Part shown: piece after piece, positions 10,333-20,367 of the stretch
Position numbering within the stretch: position 1 is the stretch's first letter
How the letters are laid out: each line of letters begins with the position of its first letter
Origin: Vicinamibacterales bacterium
GTDB taxonomy: Bacteria > Acidobacteriota > Vicinamibacteria > Vicinamibacterales > 2-12-FULL-66-21
Length of the DNA stretch: 64,000 bases
NCBI GenBank assembly: GCA_035495555.1
Contig: DATJFQ010000024.1
Span: forward strand, 5,705 to 69,704
Direction of reading: 5' to 3'
Notes under the pieces: model-generated
Database searches by the model: none
Told to the model about the DNA's origin: nothing
The model's input: only the letters and a program-made list of their open reading frames with translations
Position numbers and translations under genes: made by a program

Positions 10333-10827
10333 ATGTTGACGCTGCTCGTCGCGCTCGCCCTCGGGACAGCGGGCTCTCCATCTGTGACGCCCCACGTTCG
10401 CGCGGTGTCACGCGTCGTCCAGTCATTGCTCGACGAAGCCGCGGGCCTTCCAACCACTGCGGCGCTCCTCCAGCGGCTCGATGCAAGCGATCAGTTCGTG
10501 TACGTCGAGTTCACCAACTCACCGGTGATCCCGAGCGCGCGAACGACGCTTGTCACCGCGACGTCCGGCGTCAGATTCCTGCGGGTAGCCATCAACGCGC
10601 ACGTCGTGCCGGGCGATCGGCTTCCGCTCCTCGCGCACGAGCTGCAGCACGCGGTGGAGCTGGCGGACGCGCCGGACGTCCGCGACGACGACGGCGTGCG
10701 GCTGCTGTATCGACGACTCGGGCACGCGAGCGGCGTCGACCAGTTCGAGACGGCGGCGGCGATTGTCGCGGAGCGGCAGGTCAGGCGCGAGATGGCCGCG
10801 CGCAACGGCCGGGATCACCGGTCGTAG
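10333..10827 (+). CDS. Small secreted hypothetical protein with HExxH motif
   Basis: Start moved to ATG 10333 (MLTLLVALALGTAG signal-like N-terminus). Contains LLAHELQHAVEL. No family recognised. The 3' end overlaps the guaB stop by 13 nt (convergent). Confidence 0.45.
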   Translation: MLTLLVALALGTAGSPSVTPHVRAVSRVVQSLLDEAAGLPTTAALLQRLDASDQFVYVEFTNSPVIPSARTTLVTATSGVRFLRVAINAHVVPGDRLPLLAHELQHAVELADAPDVRDDDGVRLLYRRLGHASGVDQFETAAAIVAERQVRREMAARNGRDHRS

Positions 10828-12347
10828 GACTCGCGGCGCGCCGACGCGGAGAGCTTGATCAAGTACGCCGACGGCGTGGCCCAGAAGCGCGCGCGCAAGT
10901 CGCGAAGGCTGTCCGCACCGCCGTAACTGATCGACGAGCAGAGGTGCTTCATCATGTCCCGCACGATCGTGCGCGCGGAGCCCCGGGCGGGGACGCTGAT
11001 CTCCATGCCTTCGGCGCCGATCGCTTCGAGCTCGACGCGATCCGCGTCCTCGACGTCGAGTCGGTCGCGAATCGCTTCGAGAGACGCCATGCCGCGCAGG
11101 ACCTTGAAAGGCACCTTGACTGCTTTCTGCTGCTCTGGCAGCAGAACCGACTTGTGAACGATTTCGCCTGGCGCCTCCTCGGTGCCGGCGAACGCGCTCC
11201 CGAGCATGGCAGTGTCGCCTCCGAAAATCAGCGCGAGCGCCAGCGCACCGTGGCGGCGGATGCCCCCGTCTGCGATGAGCGGCACGTCGCTGTCTGCCAC
11301 GACCGTGCGGCACTCGACGAGCGCCTGCGCCTGCGGGACGCCGAAGCTCGTCGTCATGCGCGTGGTGCAGCCGCCGCCGGGGCCGATGCCGACCTTGATT
11401 GCGTCGACCCCGCGGTCGAGCAGGAACTTCGCTCCCTCCGCCGTGCCGATATTTCCGGCGATGAGATCCACGTCGGGGTGGCCCTTTCGGAGTTCGGCGA
11501 TCGCGCGGTCCATCACGACGGAATGGCCGTGCGCGATATCGATGACGAGCACGTCGACGCCCGCCTTGATCAGCTCCGCCGCGCGCTCCAGGTAGTCACC
11601 CGTCGCGCCGATCGCGGCACCGACCATCAGGCGGCCGTGCTCGTCCCGCGTGGCAAACGGCAGCTTCCGCTGACGGACGATATCGCGCGAGGTGATGAGG
11701 CCGAGCAGCCGGCCGTCGTCGTCGACGAGCGGCAGCTTTTTCACGCGCCGCTCCGTCATGATCCGTTGCGCGTCGGCAAGGGAGGCGGGCCCGCGGTGGA
11801 CCACCAGATGGTCGAGCGGTGTCATCCGGTCGCGCACGCGTAAGCGGTCCGGCGTGACGAACCGGATGTCGCGTTCCGTCAACAGGCCAGCCAGCCGTCC
11901 GTTGGCGTCCGTGACCACGAGCGTGCCGACGCGCGACCGCGTCATCAGCGCCTTTGCTTCCGTGAGCGTTGCGTCGACGGTCACGCTGTACGGGTCGCGG
12001 ATGATGCCGTGCTGCGTCCGCTTCACGATCTCGACTTCCCGGACCTGCGGCTGGATGTCGCCGGGCCGGAATCCGCGGTCGATGATCCCGATCCCGCCCT
12101 CCTCCGCCTGAACGATCGCCATCGGCGCACGGGTGACGGTGTCCATGTTCGCGGAGACGATCGGCCGTTTCAGCGAGATGCGGCGCGTCAGGCGGCAGGA
12201 GAGATCGATCGCGCGTGGATCCCGCCGCTCGACGACGCTGAACTGCGGCGCGAGCAGGAAGTCGTCGAACGTGGCGCCGCGAACGAGATCGAGGACGAAG
12301 GCGATCGCGGCCCGATCCAGCGGCCGCGGAAACTCGGGAGGCACCAT
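10815..12347 (-). CDS. guaB: Inosine-5'-monophosphate dehydrogenase
   Basis: Start moved to ATG 12347 (MVPPEF...FDDFLLAPQFSVV). Contains SANMDTVT, a tandem CBS pair and the catalytic loop GIGPGGGCTTR. 510 aa. Confidence 0.92.
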   Translation of the reverse strand: MVPPEFPRPLDRAAIAFVLDLVRGATFDDFLLAPQFSVVERRDPRAIDLSCRLTRRISLKRPIVSANMDTVTRAPMAIVQAEEGGIGIIDRGFRPGDIQPQVREVEIVKRTQHGIIRDPYSVTVDATLTEAKALMTRSRVGTLVVTDANGRLAGLLTERDIRFVTPDRLRVRDRMTPLDHLVVHRGPASLADAQRIMTERRVKKLPLVDDDGRLLGLITSRDIVRQRKLPFATRDEHGRLMVGAAIGATGDYLERAAELIKAGVDVLVIDIAHGHSVVMDRAIAELRKGHPDVDLIAGNIGTAEGAKFLLDRGVDAIKVGIGPGGGCTTRMTTSFGVPQAQALVECRTVVADSDVPLIADGGIRRHGALALALIFGGDTAMLGSAFAGTEEAPGEIVHKSVLLPEQQKAVKVPFKVLRGMASLEAIRDRLDVEDADRVELEAIGAEGMEISVPARGSARTIVRDMMKHLCSSISYGGADSLRDLRARFWATPSAYLIKLSASARRESYDR

Positions 12348-12398
12348 GCGCCCATCGTATCGCGGGGCGCCGCCGGAACAGGCGCATAATAAGCAACG

Positions 12399-13406
12399 AT
12401 GCGATTGCTCGCAGCGGCCCTGGCCCTGGTCGTCACGCTTTATCCGCAGCAGCTTCCGGTCGTTCAGCTTCCGCCGCAACAGACCTTCGGCGAATGGCTG
12501 CTCGCGCTTCGCGCCGAAGCGTCGGCTCAAGGCATCAGCGACTCAACGCTCGATGCGGCGCTCAACGGTCTCGAGCCGGTTCCGGTCGTCATTGAACGTG
12601 ACCGCTCGCAGGCCGAGCTGGTGCTGACCCTCGATCAGTATCTCCAGCGGCGGCTGACGCCGAAGGTGATCAAGACCGCACGCGCGATGGGCAAAGAGCA
12701 CCACGACGTCCTCGCGCGGGTCAGCGCGAAATACGGCGTCCCGCCGGGAATCCTCGTCGCCGTCTGGGGACTCGAATCCAATTTCGGCCGGTTCAGCGGG
12801 GTGCGGCCGACCATCGCGACGCTGGCGACGCTCGCGTACGATCGCCGGCGTGCGACGCTCTTCCGCCAGGAGCTGCTGGCCGCGCTGCACATCCTCGACA
12901 GCGGTGACGTGAGCGTCGACCGGATGCGCGGATCGTGGGCCGGTGCGCTCGGGCAGCCGCAGTTCATGCCGTCGAGCTTCCTCCAGTTCGCGCAGGATTT
13001 CGACGGGGACGGCCGCCGCGACATCTGGACCTCGCTCCCGGATGTGTTCGCGTCGATCGCCAATTACCTGACCGAACACGGGTGGGCGAAAGGACAGATG
13101 TGGGGGCGCGAGGTCAAAGTGCCCGCGGCCGTTCTCCAACGGCTCGATAAACTGGCGCCCCTTCAGACCGAGGGCTGCCTCGCCCAGCGCCAGATGTCCG
13201 TGCCGCTCCCGCTGACGGAGTGGAGGAAGCTCGGCGTCACACAGACGTCCGGCCGGCGGCTTCCGTCGAGCGACCTCACCGCGTCAATGGTCCGCGCCGG
13301 CAGACGGGAGTTCCTGCTCTATCCGAACTACCAGGCCATCCTGGCTTACAACTGCGTCCACGCGTACGGATTGAGCGTCGCACTGCTCTCCGACAAAGTG
13401 CACTAG
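12399..13406 (+). CDS. Lytic murein transglycosylase (MltB/SLT_2 family)
   Basis: Signal-like N-terminus. Contains FGEWLLALRAEASAQGIS, VWGLESNFG (catalytic Glu context), LGQPQFMPSSF and the DFDGDGRRDIW EF-hand-like loop typical of MltB-type enzymes. Confidence 0.85.
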   Translation: MRLLAAALALVVTLYPQQLPVVQLPPQQTFGEWLLALRAEASAQGISDSTLDAALNGLEPVPVVIERDRSQAELVLTLDQYLQRRLTPKVIKTARAMGKEHHDVLARVSAKYGVPPGILVAVWGLESNFGRFSGVRPTIATLATLAYDRRRATLFRQELLAALHILDSGDVSVDRMRGSWAGALGQPQFMPSSFLQFAQDFDGDGRRDIWTSLPDVFASIANYLTEHGWAKGQMWGREVKVPAAVLQRLDKLAPLQTEGCLAQRQMSVPLPLTEWRKLGVTQTSGRRLPSSDLTASMVRAGRREFLLYPNYQAILAYNCVHAYGLSVALLSDKVH

Positions 13407-13442
13407 CACTCGGGAATCGCATTCTCCCGGTAACATTCTCGG

Positions 13443-14096
13443 ATGCACTCCGTAGAGACGATTGAGCCGTTGCTGCGGGAGCGACTCGCTGGCACGCTGC
13501 CCGGCGTCGAGGTACAGCTTCGGTTCGCCTCCGGCTTGCCGCGCAAGGGTTGGAAACCCGGCGTCTATCCAAGTGATGCCAGGGTTGCCGCCGCGCTCCT
13601 GCTTCTCTACCCCGGTCCCGAGGGACTGACGATCCCGCTCACGGTCCGCGCGAGTCACTTACGCCGCCACGCGGGTCAGATCAGCCTGCCTGGGGGGGCC
13701 GCAGAAGCTGGCGAGTCACTCGAGGCGGCTGCGCTGCGCGAAGCGCACGAAGAAATCGGTGTGCCGTCGGAGTCTGTTCGCATTCTGGGATCCCTCACGC
13801 CGGTATACGTGCTCGTCAGCGGCTTCACGCTCAACCCGATCGTGGGCATCACCGACACGCGACCTGACTTTCGCGCAGCCGCGCACGAAGTCGATCAAAT
13901 CCTGGAAGTGTCGCTCGACGACGTGCAGGACGCTTCGCGGATTCGAACGGGCACGCGCATCCGCGAGGGGGTCGCCGTCGAATATCCGTACTTCGATCTG
14001 CACGGCCATCAAGTGTGGGGCGCGACGGCGATGATTCTGGGAGAGTTCATCTCGCTGCTGCAGTCGCGGGGCGGACACAGTGAGATCGCAGATTGA
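13443..14096 (+). CDS. Nudix hydrolase, CoA pyrophosphatase-like
   Basis: Nudix box LPGGAAEAGESLEAAALREAHEEIGV, preceded by LTVRASHLRRHAGQIS as in NudL/PCD1-type CoA pyrophosphatases. Confidence 0.8.
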   Translation: MHSVETIEPLLRERLAGTLPGVEVQLRFASGLPRKGWKPGVYPSDARVAAALLLLYPGPEGLTIPLTVRASHLRRHAGQISLPGGAAEAGESLEAAALREAHEEIGVPSESVRILGSLTPVYVLVSGFTLNPIVGITDTRPDFRAAAHEVDQILEVSLDDVQDASRIRTGTRIREGVAVEYPYFDLHGHQVWGATAMILGEFISLLQSRGGHSEIAD

Positions 14097-14132
14097 TGAT
14101 TGCAGATTGATGATTGCAGATTGCTGATTGCA
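14084..14132. repeat. Heptanucleotide tandem array (GATCGCA GATTGAT GATTGCA GATTGAT GATTGCA GATTGCT GATTGCA)
   Basis: Seven contiguous 7-nt units read directly. The array overlaps the Nudix stop codon (14094-14096) and ends 9 nt before the convergent methyltransferase stop (14142). Confidence 0.95.
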
Positions 14133-14141
14133 CCCGGCGGG

Positions 14142-14573
14142 TCACACCATATAGGGCACGACGCGGCGCGTGCGGCGCATGTAATCGCGATACGCCGGGT
14201 ATCGCACGACGAGCATGCGCTCCTCCAGCAACATCCTGGCGATGGCGCCGACGGTAATCAACGCGCCGCCGGCAATGCTGAACCACGAGAGGTGGTCGAT
14301 GACCGCAGCCCACGTGAAGTAGAGGACGGCCGCATAGATCGGATGCCGCAGAACGGCATACGGCCCCGACGTGACGAGGCCGCCTTCCGTCGGGTTCGCC
14401 GCCGCATGAAAGCTGCGTCGTCCGAAGGTGATGCGCGCGTACAGCATCAGGAGGACGGCTGCGACCTGCACCGCGATTGCGACGGGTTCAGTCGCGAAGA
14501 TAAACCCGCGGTAGATCAGCACAGCCAGGCCGGCGATCATGAGCGCGAAGGCAACGACGGAGCTCACACGCAT
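14142..14573 (-). CDS. Isoprenylcysteine carboxyl methyltransferase (ICMT)-family membrane methyltransferase
   Basis: Start moved to ATG 14573 (MRVSSVVAFALMIAGLAV...). C-terminal signature LVTSGPYAVLRHPIYAAVLYF...EERMLVVRYPAYRDY. Confidence 0.7.
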   Translation of the reverse strand: MRVSSVVAFALMIAGLAVLIYRGFIFATEPVAIAVQVAAVLLMLYARITFGRRSFHAAANPTEGGLVTSGPYAVLRHPIYAAVLYFTWAAVIDHLSWFSIAGGALITVGAIARMLLEERMLVVRYPAYRDYMRRTRRVVPYMV

Positions 14574-14622
14574 GTGCTGCACCTGAACGAACGTCCGCCA
14601 TTGTATCCGGGTGCAGAGTTCG

Positions 14623-17277
14623 TCAGCTCCGCAACGTGCTGACCGGGTCGACCCGAATCGCGCGACGGGTCGGCAGATAGCAGGCCGCTGCGGCCGCGAC
14701 CGCCAGCGCGGCCGCAACCGCGCCAAAGGTGAGGGGATCGACAGGGCTCACGTTGAAGAGCAACGCCCGCATCAGCCGCGTGAGGGCGAACGCCGCCATC
14801 AGCCCGGCTACGAATCCCGCGCACACCGGCCGGAACCCTTCGCGCATTACCATACTGATGATCGACGCCCCCCCGGCGCCGAGCGCCAGCCGCAATCCAA
14901 TCTCCGAGCGACGGCGGCTGACAGAGAACGCCAACGTGCCATAGATCCCGATCGCGGCGAGGACGAGCGAGGTCAGCGCAAACCCGGCAAGTAACAGCGC
15001 GCGGAATTTCGGCGCCGCGACCGCACGCGCCGCCAGTTCCTCGAGCGGCCGGACACGACTGATCGCAATGTTGCGGTCCATCGTGGCGAGCACCTGCCGC
15101 ACGATGGAAACGGTCGCGACGGGATCCCCCGCTGTCCGTACCACCATCGTCATCTCGTCGGATGCGTATTGATCCTGCGGCACGTACACGACCGGTGGAG
15201 GGGCGTCGTCGATCGCTCCGACGTGCACGTCGCCGATTATCCCGACGATTTCGCGCGGTTGAGTCTCGCGCACCCCGAGATTGACACCGATGCGCAAAGA
15301 GCGGCCGATCGGATTCTCACCCGGCCAGTACTTTCGCGCCGCCGTTTCACTGATCAGGGCGACGCCGGCCCCGCCGCGGACGTCGGACCACGCGAACGCG
15401 CGTCCTGCGTGGAGTGGAATGCGCATCGTGTCCAGATAGCCGGGGGTGATGCAGCGCACCTGCATCGATCCCTCCGCCGCGGGACCCGTGCGGTCGGGGA
15501 AAGTTACGGTGCCTCCGAAGCCCGTGGGCGTGAGCGGCGGGAGCAGGACGGCACCGGCCGCGATGACCCCCGGCTGTCCCTGGAGACGCTGCGTGTACTC
15601 GCGGAAGAATGCGGCGTCGCTGTTGAACGTGGGATACGTGCCGCCTGGCAGCTGCACGTTGAACGTCAGCACGTGAGCGGCGTCGAATCCGGGCTGCACC
15701 CGGGTCAACTGATCGAAGCTCCGCAACGCCAGTCCTGCGCCCGCCAGCAGAACGACCGCCAGGGCGACCTGGACGGCGACCATCAGCTGCCGAAGCCCTC
15801 GACGGCTCGTGGTGACGTCCGTGCCCCGGCGTCCGTCCTTCAAGTACTTGCCGAGATCCGTGCGCGAGGCGATGAGCGCGGGAACGACGCCGAAGAGAAG
15901 ACCGGTCGTCAACGACAGGACCAGCGCGAACACCAGGACAAGCGGGTTGAGGCCGAGCCCGTCGACGCGCGGCAGGTCGGCCGGTGCAATCGAGAGCAGG
16001 ACGCGGAGCGCCCAGGATCCGACCAGGAGCCCGGCGATGCCGCCGCCGAACGCGAGCACGAGACTCTCGACACAGAGTTGGCGAAAAATCTGCGCGCGCG
16101 CCGCGCCGAGCGCCGAGCGCAGGGCCATCTCACTGATCCGCGTGGTCGCGCGCGCGAGGAGGAGGTTCGACACGTTCACGCACACGATCAGGAGCAGGCA
16201 CAGGACCGCGGCGAAGAGGACGAGCAGCGGCTGCTTGACGTCGGCGACGAGCTTGTCGAGGAGCGGCGTGACCGCGACGGCATATTCCGCCACCTGACGA
16301 GGATAGAGACGGGCCAGATCCGCTTCGATTGCGGCGATGTCCGCCTGCGCAGCCTGTTGTGATACGCCGTCCCGGAGACGCCCGACCACCGACAGATAAT
16401 GTGCGCCGCGCTGCCGCGGGGACAGCAACTCCGGCGTCAGCACCAGCGGAAGCCAGATCTCCGCGTGCTCGGGAAAGTCGAACCCCGGCGGCATGATGCC
16501 GACGATTTCGTGCGGCTTGCCGTCAACGGTCACCATGCGGCCGACAGCGGACGGATCGCCGCCAAACCGCCGCTGCCACAGCCGGTACGAGATCGCCGCC
16601 ACCGCCGCCGAATGTTCGCGCATGTCGCCGGCGTTCAGCGTCCGGCCGGACGCCGCTGGTACGCCCAGGGCGGCGAATACATCTGCGTCCGCATACACCG
16701 TGTCGACGCGCTCGGGCGTGTCGCCTGCGAGCGTGACGGTCGACGGGTTGTAAGCACCGAGGGACAGGAATGAATGATTGCGCGCACGCCAGTCCTGAAG
16801 ATTGACCGCGGAGACGGCAAACGGTCTGCCGTTGTGGACCTCGTTCACGTCCATCACGCGGCCGGCGTCTGGATAGGGCAACGGGCGAAGCAGCACTTGC
16901 TGGACGACGGTGAACATCGCAGCGCTCGCGCCGATCCCGAGCGCCAGGGTCAGCAGCACGCTCACCGTGAAACCGGGCGATTTCCGCAGCAGGCGGAGCG
17001 CAAACCTCAGATCGTGCAGGAACATGGGATCAACTCCCCTTCGCGCTGACGATTGGACGAGGAACGCCGGACGGTCGATGCGCCGGCATTCGCTCGCCAG
17101 CGCCACGACGCGGACTGCGAACCAGATCTCGATGGCGACCCGGGCCGGGACCGTCGCGCGACGGCAGCGGGCGCGGCGCACGCGCGAGAGATCTGCAACC
17201 GCAGGCTCGAAGCACCGGCGCCTGGCCGCGTCCGGCACGAATCGCGCGGCGAGCGACACGACATCAGGCATGCGCAT
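14623..17277 (-). CDS. ADOP-family duplicated permease with N-terminal extension (ADOP3)
   Basis: Track ORF (to 17421) trimmed to ATG 17277 (or 17271), because upstream codons overlap PadR2. 88 aa precede the conserved DLRFALRLLRKSPGF...GIGASAAMFT. An alternative canonical start is Met at 17025 (MFLHDLRF). Ends TRRAIRVDPVSTLRS. Confidence 0.85.
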   Translation of the reverse strand: MRMPDVVSLAARFVPDAARRRCFEPAVADLSRVRRARCRRATVPARVAIEIWFAVRVVALASECRRIDRPAFLVQSSARRGVDPMFLHDLRFALRLLRKSPGFTVSVLLTLALGIGASAAMFTVVQQVLLRPLPYPDAGRVMDVNEVHNGRPFAVSAVNLQDWRARNHSFLSLGAYNPSTVTLAGDTPERVDTVYADADVFAALGVPAASGRTLNAGDMREHSAAVAAISYRLWQRRFGGDPSAVGRMVTVDGKPHEIVGIMPPGFDFPEHAEIWLPLVLTPELLSPRQRGAHYLSVVGRLRDGVSQQAAQADIAAIEADLARLYPRQVAEYAVAVTPLLDKLVADVKQPLLVLFAAVLCLLLIVCVNVSNLLLARATTRISEMALRSALGAARAQIFRQLCVESLVLAFGGGIAGLLVGSWALRVLLSIAPADLPRVDGLGLNPLVLVFALVLSLTTGLLFGVVPALIASRTDLGKYLKDGRRGTDVTTSRRGLRQLMVAVQVALAVVLLAGAGLALRSFDQLTRVQPGFDAAHVLTFNVQLPGGTYPTFNSDAAFFREYTQRLQGQPGVIAAGAVLLPPLTPTGFGGTVTFPDRTGPAAEGSMQVRCITPGYLDTMRIPLHAGRAFAWSDVRGGAGVALISETAARKYWPGENPIGRSLRIGVNLGVRETQPREIVGIIGDVHVGAIDDAPPPVVYVPQDQYASDEMTMVVRTAGDPVATVSIVRQVLATMDRNIAISRVRPLEELAARAVAAPKFRALLLAGFALTSLVLAAIGIYGTLAFSVSRRRSEIGLRLALGAGGASIISMVMREGFRPVCAGFVAGLMAAFALTRLMRALLFNVSPVDPLTFGAVAAALAVAAAAACYLPTRRAIRVDPVSTLRS

Positions 17278-17599
17278 CGCGGGTGCGGGTGTCGAATTCA
17301 GCGATGGCTTCGGTGTAGAACGCCCGGGTCGACGTCCAGGCCTGCGCGCCCGCGTCGGTGAGCGTGTAGCGGCGTTCCTTGATGATTTGGCCGTCGACGA
17401 TCTTCTGGTCGTAGGCGCCATCCACGAGTCCGGCGTCCTCGAGCCGCGCCATCATCTGATAGAACGCCGGGGCGGAGCGTGCGACCCCTCGCTTCGCGAG
17501 CGCGCGGCGCAGGTAGCGTCCCGGCCGCTCCCCCGCGCGCAGTAATCCCAGCACCAGGAACTGCAGGTGCGTAATCGCTGGAATTCGGCGGCGTGACAT
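17264..17599 (-). CDS. PadR-family transcriptional regulator (PadR2)
   Basis: 111 aa. Sequence THLQFLVLGLLRAGERPGRYL...FYQMMARLEDAGLVDG...RRYTLTDAG has the PadR winged-HTH layout. Its stop overlaps the ADOP3 start by 8-14 nt. Confidence 0.8.
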   Translation of the reverse strand: MSRRRIPAITHLQFLVLGLLRAGERPGRYLRRALAKRGVARSAPAFYQMMARLEDAGLVDGAYDQKIVDGQIIKERRYTLTDAGAQAWTSTRAFYTEAIAEFDTRTRDAHA

Positions 17600-17614
17600 A
17601 ACGCCGCATTATAT
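17597..17614. promoter_or_regulatory. AT-rich imperfect inverted repeat over the PadR2 start (minus-strand reading ATATAAT-N5-GTTATG)
   Basis: Read directly. The half-sites resemble those at PadR1 (ATATAAC ... GTTATATG), and the right half again contains the start codon. Confidence 0.35.
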
Positions 17615-17694
17615 CAATTCACGAGCGCGGACGGCCCATCTTCCGGCGGATCTGGAAATCCGGCGGGAGAACGGAAATCGTCAATGGGAGCTGA

Positions 17695-20367
17695 TCAGGA
17701 CCGGACCAGCGTCCCTGGTTGGATGCGCGCGGCGCGCGCCGCGGGGACGAATGCCGCAAAGAGGGTGACGAACGCCAGCGCCAGAGCGGCGGCGGCCAGC
17801 GACAGCGGATCAGCAGGCGTGACGCCGAAGAGCAGCGCGCCCATCGGACGCGTGGCGATCGGCGTGACCGCCAGCCCGGCTGCGATCCCCGCGCCAGCCA
17901 GCCACGCCGCTTTCCGGAGCACCAGTGCGAGCACCGACGCCTTTTCGGCGCCCAACGCCATCCGGATCGCGATCTCGCGCTGCTGCTGGGCGACCGACCA
18001 TCCCATCAATCCGTAAATGCCGATCACGGCCAGCGTCAGCGCGAGCACGCTGAACCCCGTGACGAGGGCGGACACGAATCGCGGCCGAGCGACGGCATGC
18101 GCGATGTGGTCGTCCATCGTCTTCACGTCGGCGATCGCGAGCGTGGGGTCGAGCTCCGCCACGGCATGCCGGATCGACGGCACCATCTGGTAGGGGTCCC
18201 CCGCCGTCCTGACGACGAATGCCATGAACGGGAACGAGCGCTGGGACGCGGGCTGATAAATCTCGGGGCGCGGCGGAACGGCAGGGCCGAGATGGCGGAT
18301 GTCCGATGTCACGCCGACGACGGTCAACCACGGCTCTTCGGCGCTGATCCGCACGCGCTTGCCGATCGGGCTGTGTGCTGGCCATTGCTGCCGCGCAAGC
18401 GTTTCGTTGACGAGAACGACGCCCTGTGAGTTGCGGGTATCGGTGAGCGCAACGTCGCGGCCTTCGAGGATCCGGATGCCCATCGCCGAGAAGAAACCCG
18501 GCATGACGACCTGATATCCCCCGGCGGGCTCCTGTCCTGGTTCGGGAATCGGCCGGCCGTCCACCTGATAGGTCGTCCCGAAGTCATCGCCGCCAATCGG
18601 CAGGGTCACCGCCGATCCCGCCGCCGTCACGCCGGGAAGCGCGAGCAGCCGTTCCTGCAACGCCGCATAGAAGCGGACCTGTTCCGACTGATACTCGGCG
18701 GTACGACCGGTCAGATTGATCGCGAACGTCAGCAGGTTGCGCGTGTCGATCCCGGTATCGACGTGCGTCAAGGACGCGAAGCTGCGCACGAGCAGCGCGG
18801 CGCCCGCGACGAGCAGCACGGCAATCGCAATCTGGCAGGCGACCAGCCAATCCCGGACGCGGCTGCTGCGCCGCGATCCCGAGGCGCGCGTCGAGCCCTC
18901 GGCCAGCGCCGAGGTCAGGTCGCCCCGTGAGCACTGGAGCGCCGGCGCGATGCCGAACGCAACGCCCGCAAACACGGCGACGGCGGCGGCATAGATGAGC
19001 ACACGCCAGTCGAGCGTCACGCTCAGCGCGGTCACGTCGTCCGGCGCAACGCGCAGCAGCATGCGCACGGACCACCACGCGAAGATGGCGCCGGCGGCCG
19101 CGCCGGCCACGGAGAGGACGAGCGCCTCGGTCAGCAGCTGCCGCGCGATGCGCAGGCGTGTCGCGCCGAGCGCCCGCCGGAGCGCGAGATCCCGCCGTCG
19201 AGCCGCGCCCCGCGCCAGCAGCAGGCTCGCGACGTTCGCGCACGCAATCGCCAGCACGAAGACGACCGCCATCGCAAGCACGATGAGCGGACGTTCGAGT
19301 GTTCCGAAGAACTGCGTGCGCGCATCCACGAGCATGGCGGTTCGGCCGCCGTCCTGCGGGTACTGCACCGACAGGCGTGCGCCGATCGCGCGCACTTCCG
19401 CGTCCGCCTGCCTCTCGGTCACCCCCGGACGCAATCGCGCGACGACCCGGATATAGCCGGCATTGCGGTTGTCGCGGACGTCCCTGTCTTCGTCAATGGC
19501 GACGCGAGGTACGTCTCCGGGGCCCCCTGGCACGAAGAGGTCCGGCCCCGCACCGGCCGTCGGTGTGCCGGTGATGAACGGCCAGAAGAACTCGCGCGGC
19601 ATCACCGCGACGACCGTACGCGCCCGGCGATTCAGCGTGATCGCACGCCCGACAATTGACGGGTCGCCGCCGAAGCGCCGGACCCACAGTCCGTAGGTCA
19701 GGACGACGGCGTTGGGATCCGCGTGACCGCCATGAAAAGTGTCGCCGATCAGCGGACGGACCCCGAGCACATCGAAGAATGTCGACGAGACACTGGCGCC
19801 GGGGAGCGTTTCGGGATCGCCGCGGCCCGTCAAGGTATAGGAGATGTGGCTCAGCGCCGCGAACCCGGAAAAGCTCGTGGACTGCGCGCGGAAATCCATC
19901 ATGCGCCCTGGGCCGAACGGAGTCGGCCGTCCATCGGTGTTGCGGTTCCACAGGAACACCAGCTCGCCCGGATCCGTGAACGACAGCGGCCGCAGTAGCG
20001 CGGCGTTCACAACGCTGAAAATCGCCGTGTTTGCGCCGATACCGATCGCAAGGGTCAGCAGAGCGACGGCCGTGAAGCCCGGCGTCCGCCAGAGCCCGCG
20101 CAGCGCATAGTTGACGTCCTGACGCAAATCTCGCCACATGCTTTGCCGCCCCCGCTCCCGCATGACTTGCTCGTCGATCGTCCGGACCTCGCGCCGGATC
20201 CGCTCGAGGTCGCCGAAGCGCCGCTCCGCCTCGCGGCGCGCCGCGTCGGTGTCGAGCCCCTGCGCGCGCGCGTCGCGGGCCCGCATCTCGAGGTGAAACG
20301 TCAGCTCGTCGTCCACGTCGCGCCCGACGTCGCGCCACGGCCTGCGGTCTTGCCGACCGTCGCTCAT
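17695..20367 (-). CDS. ADOP-family duplicated permease with N-terminal prefix domain (ADOP4)
   Basis: 890 aa. An 83-aa prefix (..DVDDELTFHLEMRARDARAQGLDTDAARREAERRFGDLERIRREV..) precedes DVNYALRGLWRTPGF...GIGANTAIFS. Ends ARAARIQPGTLVRS. Its ATG overlaps the PadR3 stop (ATGA). Confidence 0.9.
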   Translation of the reverse strand: MSDGRQDRRPWRDVGRDVDDELTFHLEMRARDARAQGLDTDAARREAERRFGDLERIRREVRTIDEQVMRERGRQSMWRDLRQDVNYALRGLWRTPGFTAVALLTLAIGIGANTAIFSVVNAALLRPLSFTDPGELVFLWNRNTDGRPTPFGPGRMMDFRAQSTSFSGFAALSHISYTLTGRGDPETLPGASVSSTFFDVLGVRPLIGDTFHGGHADPNAVVLTYGLWVRRFGGDPSIVGRAITLNRRARTVVAVMPREFFWPFITGTPTAGAGPDLFVPGGPGDVPRVAIDEDRDVRDNRNAGYIRVVARLRPGVTERQADAEVRAIGARLSVQYPQDGGRTAMLVDARTQFFGTLERPLIVLAMAVVFVLAIACANVASLLLARGAARRRDLALRRALGATRLRIARQLLTEALVLSVAGAAAGAIFAWWSVRMLLRVAPDDVTALSVTLDWRVLIYAAAVAVFAGVAFGIAPALQCSRGDLTSALAEGSTRASGSRRSSRVRDWLVACQIAIAVLLVAGAALLVRSFASLTHVDTGIDTRNLLTFAINLTGRTAEYQSEQVRFYAALQERLLALPGVTAAGSAVTLPIGGDDFGTTYQVDGRPIPEPGQEPAGGYQVVMPGFFSAMGIRILEGRDVALTDTRNSQGVVLVNETLARQQWPAHSPIGKRVRISAEEPWLTVVGVTSDIRHLGPAVPPRPEIYQPASQRSFPFMAFVVRTAGDPYQMVPSIRHAVAELDPTLAIADVKTMDDHIAHAVARPRFVSALVTGFSVLALTLAVIGIYGLMGWSVAQQQREIAIRMALGAEKASVLALVLRKAAWLAGAGIAAGLAVTPIATRPMGALLFGVTPADPLSLAAAALALAFVTLFAAFVPAARAARIQPGTLVRS

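Noticed and set aside
10194-11843. 549-aa ORF on the plus strand, antisense to guaB
   Set aside because: It lies entirely within the well-supported IMP dehydrogenase gene on the other strand. Its translation is R/A/G/D-rich with no recognisable motif. This is the typical shadow ORF of GC-rich DNA.
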